Translations under genes and position numbers: made by a program
The notes under the pieces: model-generated
Databases searched by the model: none
Told to the model about the DNA's origin: nothing
What the model saw: only the letters and a program-made list of their open reading frames with translations
In this document: piece by piece, positions 11,401 through 18,200 of the stretch
How the letters are laid out: every line of letters begins with the position of its first letter
Position numbering within the stretch: the first letter of the stretch is position 1
Assembly: GCA_965217775.1 (NCBI GenBank)
Contig: CBDCJH010000002.1
Coordinates: 2,592,001 to 2,656,000, forward strand
DNA: 64,000 bases
From: Acidobacteriota bacterium
GTDB lineage: Bacteria > Acidobacteriota > UBA6911 > RPQK01 > JAJDTT01
Direction of reading: 5' to 3'

Positions 11401-11656
11401 CCATCACCCGATCCGGCAGATCGGCCGCTGCCTCGCCGGTGATCAGCGTCGCCACACCGCTTGAGAGCACTCCGATGCCGATACCCGTGCCGTCGACACC
11501 CTGACTCCGGCGCATCGCTGCGCCTTGCCGGGCGGCCGCCGGCTGCTCGGTTCGGATCGGCTCGATCAACAGGGAGATCGCCGCCAACATCCCAAGCATT
11601 CCACGCCACCCACTACCGCGGGGCCAGGACGCGATTCCTGTCAGGCGGCGGGTCAT
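1..11656 (-). CDS. Giant secreted multidomain surface protein (>3880 aa, runs off the left edge): signal peptide, degenerate S53-like domain, propeptide, S8/S53-like serine peptidase, Ig/cadherin-like, two GLUG-repeat domains, SwmB-type repeat stalk
   Basis: Spot manual translation in one minus frame: MTRRLTGIASWPRGSGWRGMLG (ATG 11656), RTPAQRKVSSQLL propeptide, DGTGIGVGVISDG, EGTALLEIVHDLAPG, LQWSDPVGGSANDYDL, KPD..FFGTSAAAPH, DYDLDDDGLIDV, and GETVRVSYTPGFN at the window start. The track lists no ORF in this frame, consistent with no stop inside the window. Confidence 0.9.
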   Translation of the reverse strand, partial: MTRRLTGIASWPRGSGWRGMLGMLAAISLLIEPIRTEQPAAARQGAAMRRSQGVDGTGIGIGVLSSGVATLITGEAAADLPDRVMVLPGQAGEGDDGTATLSILRDLAPGGELYFATGLGGPARFAANLAALCRAGADVIVDDLFDHQETIHQGGLMAQAVQAAVRNGCVYVSAQGNPVHSRVREGEFAPDPAPPIPDDLSTNGDSAGATCVTAANPDFATFCVSSAPPPQVAALVALTLEAAGGAHNTSLEELRAAVTGGGLEPEPIPVNVAAGPAVREVEINSNPPEGRDPGGNESIAFTDQAVTNQAGGRLPASAVRQIQSLLSAKVRRTPAQRKVSSQLLEERRNPRRKPKAAGIGRLQATDPEAKEERVMVDIRADVTPAVLDRIRDLGGEVINSVPKYRAIRARLPLAAVETLAELDAVRTIRPAEEPIVGGGTKRNSSSVRTRLNDIPVFRKDDTSEGDVAHRADVARSTYDVDGTGIGVGVISDGVDTLADQQATGDVPARVTVLPGQEGGSFPLTCGDRTSGTEGTALLEIVHDLAPGAELFFADGGAGPAQMAQNIEDLCESGADIIVDDIGYTGLSPFQDDIIAQAVSTAAANGCHYFSSTGNGGNKNDGTASVWEGDFAAGPALNLSGVGAGDVVHDFGGGVTGNEITKDSTRSIVLQWSDPVGGSANDYDLFLIDAENNVLASSTATQDGAQDPIEFILSSCSPDRRGTRLVIVKNAGAEDRYLRITYTRGGLAFTTAGRTFGHSAAQDAIGVAAVDVGDAGGADGVFDGTESVETFSSDGPRRIFFEADGTPITPGNFSSTGGRVLQKPDLTAADGVSTSTPGFSTFFGTSAAAPHAAAIGALMLEAAGGSANVTQDDLRTAMTGSALDIEATGVDRDSGAGIVMAPGAVDGVDVAVADRNRAPTVENSVADRTFAPGAAAVTIDLANVFGDPDDDTLTYMAWSSDNERLSVGALTGTSFTVTPLSPGRMVVTAVATDPEGLIAVQTFAVTVTVGNRDYDLDDDGLIDVGNLAQLDAMRYDLDGDGLADEPADWRQYHAAFVEGSWDMGCPAGCIGYELTADLDFDTDEDGDVDSGDDYWNDGDGWEPVGDAFNAFTATFDGNGNTVGNLFLEFIDSSDDFYPVGLFGRIRDGVVRGVGLLDADVTGGSYVGGLVGYSSDGEVSDSFVTGSVSGDDYVGGLVGRSGVFFYNDESHSAITGSYSTAQVSGRDNVGVLVGLNTSTSDLTASFATGQVEGTGRVGGLVGRSLGPITTSYATGQVEGTGRVGGLAGHSSGPITASYATGQVEGTEDVGGLVGYNRSNITASYATGQVEGTENVGGLVGSNFGASTITASYATGLVRGDENVGGLVGAAHLLSTQTASYWDMRTSGHSIGPGGRTTTELQAPTEFGGIYQTWNLDLDGDTEADDPWDFGTSTQYPALVADFDGNGEATWQEFGYQVRAGPVLTASTSLGQGVVLTWTAADTSPWSPAPNLAYALIRDDGTTVKILAPNLARLQYTDTAVTAGASYTYQVAALVSGGAATRSALVKVIAGIANQPPLVVGELPDRALQVGTTEVVDVAGAFSDLDDSLTYAASSSDVAAATVSVSGSQVTITPIAQGRTTITVTATDTGGSNTSVTLRFQVLVWTGTGFDYDVDNDGLIEIVNWAQLDAVRHDLDGDGVPIQSGTASYASAFPVAATGMGCPTGDGCAGYELETDLDFDTNGDGWVEAGDLYWRSGSGWKPIGKVGSPLYAIFEGNGHTIRNLFSREFSAGLFGGNGGVIRRVGLIDVYLSGGAWVGGLVSQLNGGEIHSSYVTGHVAGNRWVGGLVGSTWESGRISASYSTARVTGGDRWVGGLVGHNRGTIGASYATGRVSGGDDVGGLIGLHCGSLAAGYATGTVSGGSNIGGLIGSTECSPDNATVTASYWDTVTSGLSSSAAGTGRTTSALQEPTDYSGIYQTWDLDLDGDSVNDAPWDFGTSSQYPVLSVDTNGVGGATWQEFGQQIRIGPALMATPALDQVTLTWSAVSGVTYNLYRTSGTTVKIISENTSRRSYVDTDVTVGATYVYQVAAVINGGEASRSARVSVVVAIPDTTEPTVSKLEITSDAGSDSTYAIRDVIEVTMTFSEDVFVTGTPQLTLRVGDQDRTADYDSVTDAEVLFRYQVVTGDIDTNGVSIAADSLSFNGGTIKDDSDNEADLDHRALGTQSRHKVDGIKPELAANDGAVVDGSTLTLTYTEPLDSTSTPPSSAFFVSGGSSSRTVSNVALRGSAVDLTLSSAVAHWETGIRVGYTVPAGMGATPIQDRAGNDADRLSGAPVTNETPDRIPPTVISVEITSDPPDGRDLYGIGEEIEVTVTFSETVLVTGTPRVTLKVGERNRSANYESVTGAVVIFAYTVATNDSDTDGVNIEADSLSRGSGTIRDTAGNHAVLTHTAVAADTGQQVDGIKPVLANTDGAVANGTMLTLAYSEPLDTSSAPGNDAFTVTGGSETRAVTGVRVSGNSVELTLTPAVEHWETGLRVSYTVPTGASASPIQDTAGNDADRLINKSVTNNTGDTGGPTVEMVRITSNAGSDRTYAVEDPIEVTVTFDETVVVTGTPRLTLNVGGRNRTADYLSVTGAAVKFEYRVARSDNDRDGVSIDADSLSRGGGMIRDAARNNAQLDHAAVAADSRHKVDGVPPVLATTDGAVANGTTLTLAYSEPLRSSSRPATSAFTVTGGSEARTVTRVQVSGSAVLLMLNPAVTDIESGLRLNYQPGGNPIEDVVGNAADELNNRPVTNRTGDSTGPTVETVRITSNAGSDRTYAAGETIEVTVTFNETVVVTGTPRLTLNLGGRNRTANYQDVTGAAVRFEYQVVSGDSAAYGVSLEANHLSGGTIRDGARNNAVLSHAPVAADSRHQVDGIKPTLATSDGAVASGTTLTLAYGEPLDSSSVPVTDDFTVTGGSETPTVTGVRVSGSAVFLTLSSAVTDGESRLRVNYEPGSNPIQDTAGNDADRLSNKSVTNRTGDTTGPAVSTVRITSSAGSDRTYGVDETIEVTVTFDETVVVTGTPQLTLNLDGRSRTANFRSVMSQAVKFAYRVVPGDNDGDGVSIEADSLSRGAGTIRDGAQNDATLDHAAVAVDARHQVDGILPVLATTDGAVVNGTTLTLAYSEPLNSSSRPAASAFTVTGGSEARTVTRVQVSGSAVLLTLNPAVTDGESGLRLSYQPGGNPIEDPVGNAADELNNRPVTNRTGDTAGPTVETVRITSNAGSDRTYAAGETIEVTVTFNETVVVTGTPRLSLNLGGRSRTANYQDITGAAVRFEYQVVSGDSAAYGVSIEANRLSGGTIHDGARNNAVLNHAPVAADSRHQVDGVKPTLATSEGAVVNGRTLTLAYGEPLDSSPVPATDDFTVTGGSETRTVTGVRVSGSAVFLTLSPAVADRESGLRVNYEPGSNPIQDTTGNDADRLSNKSVTNRTGDTEGPEVTTVRITSSAGSDRTYGVDETIEVTVTFDETVVITGTPELTLDVGSRSRTAEYRSVSNRAVKFAYRVVTDDNDEDGVSIESNRLSRVGGTIRDGAGNDATLDHEAVAASSSHKVDAVAPVLALTDPVVVNGATLTLTYNEPLNTSSRPATSDFTVEGGNETRTVTRVRVTGSEIRLTVNPAAEHGETGIRVSYEPRSNPIQDAIGNDAEAFRDQFVDNRTPDTTAPSIEGIEISSDPGTDETYAVDDMISVTVRYDETVTVDTIRGTPTLDLLVGTRRKRASASVGPDRPAVVFVYTVEKGDEDEDGVSVPRGSIALNGGKILDLSDNPAARSYEAVETEADHKVDASVPGLEGVTVHGSRVALTYDEALDEGSTPSRFDFAVTVAGDDRTVDQVRVRGNSVTLRLASTVTVGETVRVSYTPGFN
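7560..7940 (-). repeat. ~60-bp tandem repeats encoding GLUG-type units (ITASYATGQVEGTGRVGGL)
   Basis: ccggtcgcgtagctggccgtgatc and ggtcccctcaacctg recur about 5 times at ~60-63 bp spacing. Confidence 0.85.
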
Positions 11657-11729
11657 CCGGCAGGACCTTCCCCTTTTTTTCTGTGAGTTCGGGAGAACAG
11701 GGGAAGCAGGTTTGAACGAGGACCGCGAT

Positions 11730-11834
11730 GTCGGGGCACCCCTTGTGGGTGCCCGCTGTCGCCCCTCACTGTTCGGTCCGGGGAGGGCAACCACAAGGGT
11801 TGCCCCTACGAGCCCGGGGAGGGCGACCACAAGG
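11730..11834. repeat. GTAG-family REP cluster; third palindrome split by the IS481 insertion
   Basis: gggcaccccttgtgggtgccc, gggcaaccacaagggttgcccctac, and gggcgaccacaagg| which continues at 15057. Confidence 0.85.
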
Positions 11835-11902
11835 TGTTTGGTATCAAGACATCCTTTACAAGTTGTATCAGGACATCCTTTACAGCTGGTCCATGGCCGT
11901 TG

Positions 11903-13433
11903 TGTCAATGACCATCGAAAATTGCACACTTCGGGCCATCGAGAACTGCATACATCGCAGGAGCCCCGCCTTCTCGGTCCGGAGTCCTCTGGGCGAACCG
12001 CTCGCGCGGTCGTCGGATGGATCGTCCTGGAGCGTTCCGCGGGGCGGCGTCGCCGGTCGCTGTGGCCGCAGGACAAGTCTCGGTCCAGAAGGGCCGCCAC
12101 CACCCCCCAGGATCTGGTCCCAGGGCGCAAGACCCGGGTTCCAGGTCAGCTCCGTCGAGGTCGGCTCGTCACGCCGGTTCCCCCGTTGGACCAACCGAAC
12201 CGCGCCGCTCGGGCGGACCGGTAGGTTGAAGGGATCGCGTTTGGGTGGACGGTTGGGTCATCTGGTTCAAGTGGGTCTCGGTGGTCATTCCGCTTCGGTC
12301 AGGGGGAGGCAGGGCGGCTGCCGGTTGCAGCCAAGGGCGGGATCACGTCCATGCAAAACAGAGCCGGCGGGGGTCTGCAACAGCGAGCCTGGGGCGCCGG
12401 GTGCACCCGGCGCCCCAGGCTCGCTCCGAATCGCACCGACGGCCGGCGTGACGGTTCCGGACGCTGGGGACAGGCCGGAATCCCGGCCCTGTCAATCGGC
12501 CGCGAAAATGGCATCCATCGCGGGAGACCCCGCAGCCGGCCGGGGTCCCGTCATGCCCCCCTCCTTCCCGCTCCCGCAGCCCTGGGCGGACCGTGTCCAT
12601 GGCCATTGAGAAGGGACGGCCTTCAGGACACGGTTGCTCCGACGGCGAGAGCTTCACCCCATCTTCGGAGGGCGCCCGGATGGCGCCCCCTTGGAGAGCT
12701 CGGCGGCACGGCGCCGCCGGTCGCTGTGGCCGCAGGGCCGAACCCGGTTCACCAGCACCGCCATCACCTGCTCTCCCAGGATCTGGCCCCAGGGCTCAAG
12801 AGCCGGGTTCCAGGTCAACTCCGTCGAGGTCGGCTCGTCACGCCGGTTCCCCCGTTGGACCAACCGAACCGCGCCGCTCGGGCGGACCCTAAGGGTGCCG
12901 ATCTCCTCCCCCTCCAGGGGTGCCGGACGGATCCGGGTCTTGGACGTTGGCCCCGCGGAGGGCTCGAGACGTTGGGCCCACCCCGGGCGGACCCCGCAAG
13001 ACGAGGTTCTCCCTTCGCTCCACGAAGCCCAGCTCGTCGAGCGAGTCGATCGGCTCCCGCTGAATCGATCGCTGGAGGCTGAAGTCGAAGTCCGGGGACG
13101 GCGTTTCGCGTCCACCCTCCTCGGCCGCTTCGTCGCCGGTGACGGGAACGCCCTCGACTCCGGCAGTGAAACGAACCTGAGTCCGGCCAAGATGCCCCAG
13201 CAGTTCGCCATTCCCGCTCCCGTTCGAACCGGCCCCCCGGCCGCTCCGCCACGCCGAGCTCTCCAGGGCGATCCATCCGACCGCCGCCCGAGCGGTCGGC
13301 GCACAGGAATCCGGAGCCGAAAGGAGGGAGGCATGAAGGGACCAGATCCGGCCGCTGGAGACCCCGTGGCGGTCGCGGCCGCGACCGCCACGGGGTCTCC
13401 AGCGATGTGTGCAATGTTCAGTGGCCATTGACA
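11903..13433. mobile_element. Non-autonomous IS21-family derivative nested inside the IS481 element
   Basis: Ends TGTCAATGACCATCGAAAATTGCACA and reverse complement TGTCAATGGCCACTGAACATTGCACA; internal istB remnant; further end-like copies at 12490 and 12594; no target duplication seen. Confidence 0.75.
12960..13110 (-). pseudogene. istB: IS21 IstB ATPase fragment
   Basis: DFDFSLQRSIQREPIDSLDELGFVERRENLVLRGPPGVGPT matches the IstB FDF..Q / GPPGVGKT region, with Walker A Lys replaced by Pro; the rest of the gene is missing. Confidence 0.75.
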
Positions 13434-13813
13434 TTCAGGTCCCCCATCACCTCCATGAGCACCGACGGCTGGCCCCACGGCAACCGGAAATCCGCTGCGG
13501 CCACACCGGGCGGGTGACCCCCAGGCGGCTTGATCCAGTGACCGACCGGCCGGCGGCGGACTCCCCACGGCCATGCGATCGCGGCCTGGCGCCTCCCCCG
13601 TCCCCGATCGTCTCGCACCAGCCCCCTCTCGTCGCTCCCCAACCGGGCGTCTCCTGCGGGTCCTCCAGACGCTCCGCAGCCCCATCCCGGCCCCTCGGCG
13701 AATCTCTCGAACCCCTCCTTGTGGCTCCCCCCCCGAACGGCCTCGCCAGGAACCGGAAGGGGACCGTTCTCGACGGCCACTTCGGTGCCCTCCTCCCGCG
13801 CCGCCCACACCCT

Positions 13814-14971
13814 TCAGTCCTGCCCCACCCGCCAGACCAGAGCTCGCGTCTGCCGGGTCTGCAAGTGGACTTCACGGATGTACATGTGCCGGTAGCGGAC
13901 CAGCAGCTTGTCTTCCAACTCTTCCACGCCCACCCACTCCTCCGCCAAGGACTCACACACAAAGTAACGGTCCCCGCCCGCGCTCAAACACCCCCGGCGA
14001 TTGAGCCGTTTCACCTGCAGCCCCCGGGGATACTCCCAGGGAGCCGGGTCCCGATCGTAGCCACGCGTACTGCGACGGTAGTGTTGGGCCGGGACCTCCA
14101 TCCGCAGCGACTCATGGGGTCGAACCTGATTGTATTCCTGGCGAAAGTCCTGCAGAAATCGCTCCCACTCCATCCACCGTTGCGGTCGCCCCCGGTGCGC
14201 CACCGAGTCGCTCAAAGTGCGATGAAATCGTTCCACCTTCCCCTGCGTCTGCGGGTGCCGGACTCGCCCGTAGATCAGGTCGATCCCTTGCTTGATCAAT
14301 TCCACGCTCAATCGCGTCAGCCCCCATCCATTGCTGGTACTCCACCAAGGGGCCCCATGGTCCATCAGCATGGCCTCCGGCACTCCGTAGCCCTCAAAGG
14401 TTCTTCGTAGACAGGTTTGCACCGGATCCATTTGCGTGGTCGGCAAACCATACAACCCCACCGAATACCGCGAGCAGTCGTCCAGGATCGAGAGCGGATG
14501 ACACGGCCCTTCGGGGCCCTGAAACGGTCCCTTGAAGTCCATTTGCCACAACTCGTTGGGCTGGGATCGTTCGAACCGTTGCGGTGCCGGCCGTTGCGCC
14601 TGGTATTCCCCCAACTCGCCCTGCCGCCGTAGAATCCGATTCACCGTCGGGACACTCAAGGACACGCCTTCGCGCTCCAGCAGCACCTGCAGCTTCTTGC
14701 CTCCCCACCCGTATTGCCGCCGCAGTTCCACCACCCGAGCTTCCACCGCCGCCGCCGTTCTCGCCGGACTGTGCCGGGGCCGCCGGGAGCGCTCCTCCAG
14801 TCCGGTCACGCTGTGGGCTTCCCGATACCTCTTCAGCCACTTGTAACCTGTCGGCCGACTGATCTGAAACTCCCGACACAGGGCGCTCATGTTGGCCCCA
14901 GGCTGCACGGCCCGAAGTACGAAACGGATCTTCTGATCCATCACATTCGTCACTTTCCAGGGCATCTTCAC
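13814..14971 (-). CDS. IS481-family DDE transposase
   Basis: MPWK..HTH (ISRPTGYKWLKRY), FERSQPNELWQMDFKG, MDHG, HPQTQGKVERFHRTL, YNQVRPHESL. Confidence 0.95.
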   Translation of the reverse strand: MKMPWKVTNVMDQKIRFVLRAVQPGANMSALCREFQISRPTGYKWLKRYREAHSVTGLEERSRRPRHSPARTAAAVEARVVELRRQYGWGGKKLQVLLEREGVSLSVPTVNRILRRQGELGEYQAQRPAPQRFERSQPNELWQMDFKGPFQGPEGPCHPLSILDDCSRYSVGLYGLPTTQMDPVQTCLRRTFEGYGVPEAMLMDHGAPWWSTSNGWGLTRLSVELIKQGIDLIYGRVRHPQTQGKVERFHRTLSDSVAHRGRPQRWMEWERFLQDFRQEYNQVRPHESLRMEVPAQHYRRSTRGYDRDPAPWEYPRGLQVKRLNRRGCLSAGGDRYFVCESLAEEWVGVEELEDKLLVRYRHMYIREVHLQTRQTRALVWRVGQD

Positions 14972-15060
14972 CTCCTACCCAAAGAAGGCTACTTCTCACC
15001 CTGATGTGTAAAGGATGTCCTGATACAAACTGTAAACGATGTCCTGATACCGTACACACA

Positions 15061-15220
15061 AGGGTCGCCCCTACTGTGCGAGCGTCCGCTACTCCACCCT
15101 CTATCCGTCCACGTGTCGATTTTAAGGAGCAACCCGGACGAATTTGGGGCCTAATCGTGAACTCCGGGTGATATTTTTGTTGTTATAGTGATACTACAGT
15201 GAAATATTCCACCCGGACCG
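15061..15220 (-). promoter_or_regulatory. Putative promoter/operator of giant gene 1 (paralog of 28043-28205)
   Basis: AT-rich block with inverted repeat CCGGGTGATATTT...AAATATTCCACCCGG (15163-15217) and a minus-strand TAAAAT -10-like hexamer (~15118-15123), both conserved in the second copy. Confidence 0.55.
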
Positions 15221-15282
15221 CCCTCACCGGCGGCAACCGAGGGATTCAGGGAGGGGATCGTCTTCCAACTACTCTCGGCAGG

Positions 15283-18200
15283 TCATCTTTGAATCGGCAC
15301 CACCGGCAGGGTGGTGAAGATCCGGTTGTCGGTGTCCAGCTCCACCGCGACTCCCGTGAACAGGCCTTCCCCGAGAGCCGTGCATCTCACTGATCCGACG
15401 AAGTCTCTGGTATCCGTCCGGGTGAAGACCTCTTCGATGAACCGGGCATGCTGTCCGTGGGAGTCGAGGCGGATGTCCACTTCGTCGAGCGCCTCGCCCC
15501 CACTCATCAACCGGCACCGCACCGTTGCGCGCTGCGCCGCCAGGTTGCGGATCGCCGCTGCGGTGCGGATCCCGGATGGCTGCCGGCGGGCCGGGAACAG
15601 GGCGTCCACCGTGGCCTGACTGGCTCCCACCCCGGCCACGCCGACGCCGGGGATGTCGAAGCGCAGGACGCCGCCGATGGGTCCGTTCGCTACCACCCGC
15701 ACCGATCCGGTCACCACCTCGCCCCGGCCGTGGGTCGAGATCGTCAGCTCGCCCAGACGGGCCAGGGCCGTTCGCAGGGTCAAGCCTCCATCCTCTCGGA
15801 CGAGAAGATGGTCTTCGACCTCCACCATCGATTCCGGCTCCAGCAGTTCACCGCCCTGATCGTAAAAGTAGATGGCGGGACGGGCCGTTGACGCCGCCAC
15901 GTTCACCAGCACCAGGTCGGACGTGATCAAGGTCCCGTCGCCGGACGTTCCATTGGCGAAATGGGCGAAGTTGAGCGTCGTGTCCTGGTCTTCGGTAGCC
16001 TCCGGGCCGATCGGCACCACCGGCAGCGTGGTGAAGATCCGGTTGCCCGCATCCAGTTCCACCGCCACTCCCGTGAACGACTCACCGGCCGGGACCGTAC
16101 AGCGCACCGACCCCACGAAGTCCGTGGTGTCGGTCTCCGTGAACAGCTCCTCGATGAACTGGGCGTCCTGGCCGTTGGCGCTGAGTTTGATCTCCCCCTC
16201 TTCCAGTACCCTGCCGTTCTTCAGCAACCGGCACTGCACCTTCACCGCTTCCGGGCCCAGGTTGTGGATCGCTGCCGCCGTCCGGATCCCGCCCGCCTGC
16301 CTCCGGGCCGGGAACAGGGCGTCCGCCGTGGGTTCGCTGGCGCCGACGCCGGCGACGCCGATCCCGGGAATGTCGAAGCGGACCACGCCGCCGATGGGGC
16401 CGTCCGAAACCACCCGCACCGATCCCGTCACCACCTCTCCCCGGCCGTGGGTCGAGATCGTCAGCTCGCCCAGCGACGCGATCTCCGTCCGGGGCGACAG
16501 CCCTCCGTCCTCCCGGATCTCCAGATCCTCCCCGACATCCACCACGGACTCGGCTTCAAACAGATCTCCCTCCCCGTCGAAGAAGTAGACGACGGGACGA
16601 ATCTCCGACTCGGCCACGTTCACCAGCACCAGGTCGGAGGTGATGAGGACGTCATTGCCCGTATAGCCGTTTCCGAAATGGGCGAACTCCAGGACCACCC
16701 CCTCCGCCATGGGCGTGGCCTCGACCGGGCTCGAGTGAGGACTTGGACCGACCGAATTCACCGCCCGCACCTCGAAGACGTAGGTCCGGCCGTTGGTCAG
16801 TCCGGTGACGGTATAGCTCAGGTCCGTGGAACCGATGGAGATCCAGTCCCCGGCCCGGTCGATCCGGACCTCGTAGCCGGTGAGGGCGGAGCGGCCGTCG
16901 CTCTCAGGCACCTTCCAGGTCAGCGTCACTTCACCGTCCCCGGCTTCTGCCTGCAGGTTCAACGGTGCTGTGGGTACCGTCGCAGCCGGCGGAGGAGGCG
17001 GCGGCGGAGGTGGTGGTGGTGGAGGAGGCGGCGGCGGAGGTGGAGGAGGAGGAGGAGGAGGAGGAGGAGGGGGAGGAGGTGGTGGTGGGGGCGGGGCCGA
17101 GACTTCGTTGTCCTGGACCGTCACCCGGGCGCTCTGGGTCGAAGTGGGTCCAAGCCGGTACTTGGCTCCCGGCCGCAGCCGGGCGGTGACCCTTCCGGCG
17201 GACTCGGCCACATCGTCATCGTCGGTCCGCACCGACAGTGGCGCCGTCTCCTGCCGGGCCGGGAACACCACCTCGTCCGGCGGATCGCCGCCCGACGTGT
17301 CGATCACCGATCCCCGTTCGGTGACCTCCACGTTCACGGTCAACGACGCTTCCGTGGGCGGCCCCCGCGTCAGCGTGAACTCCACCCTGTCGCCTTCCGT
17401 CACCGTCTCCGATCCCTCCCTCGCTTCGATGGTCACCAGCGGTGGGTCGGCTTCTTCATTGGTCAACATCTCGGTCCCGTTCCCCACCTCGTCCTGGATC
17501 GGGTTGAATCCCGGCGTATAGTCCACCCTCACCGTGTCACCCGTTGCCACGGCTGAGGCCAACGTCAAGATGACGCTGTTGCCCCTGACTTGGACCTGAG
17601 TGACCGGTCGGTCGTTCCCCTCCACCGTCACCGCGAAGTCGGATCTCAACGGCACCAAGCTCTCATCCAACGGTTCGTCGTAGTTCAGCGCCACTCGCGA
17701 GTCATGCACCGTCACGCTCTCCAGTTCCGGCACGCTCGCATCCACCTTGTGGCCCGCCTGCGCCTCCACCGCCTCGTAGCTCCGTGCCGCCGGGTTGTCC
17801 GCCAGATCCAGGATCTTTCCTCCATTGAGCGTGATGCTCCCGCGTGGGACGCTCACTCCGTCCTCGTCCTCGTCCCCCTTCTCCACCGTGTAGACGAACA
17901 CCACGACCGGCCGGTCCGGCCCCACACTGGCGCTGGCCCGCTTCCGCCGGGTCCCCACCAGAAGCTCCAACGTCGGCGTTCCGCGAATGGTGTCCACCGT
18001 CACCGGCTCGTCGTACCGCACCGTCACCGAGATCATGTCGTCGACCGCGTAGGTCGCGTCCGTCCCCGGGTCCGAGCTGATCTCGATCCCTTCGATCGAC
18101 GGGGCCGTCGTGTCCGGCGTCTGGTTGTCCACGAACTCGTCCGTGAACGCTTCGGCATCGTTGCCCACCCGGTCCTGGATCGGATTCGATCGCGGCTCGT

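Larger units (their letters stand above)
11835..15056 (-). mobile_element. IS481-family element, 3222 bp, with cargo; ~50-bp terminal IRs and 7-bp target duplication CACAAGG
   Basis: Left end TGTTTGGTATCAAGACATCCTTTACA..., right end reverse complement TGTACGGTATCAGGACATCGTTTACA...; each end has two tandem GTATCA(A/G)GACATC.TTTACA units; cacaagg at 11828-11834 and 15057-15063. Confidence 0.9.

Noticed and set aside
12382-13404. Perfect palindromes as protelomerase (tel) sites
   Set aside because: GC-rich, embedded in IS debris, and no protelomerase or phage genes nearby.
11712-13810. ORFs of 170-384 aa inside the IS cargo
   Set aside because: Low-complexity overlapping frames in GC-rich repeats; only the istB fragment is recognisable.
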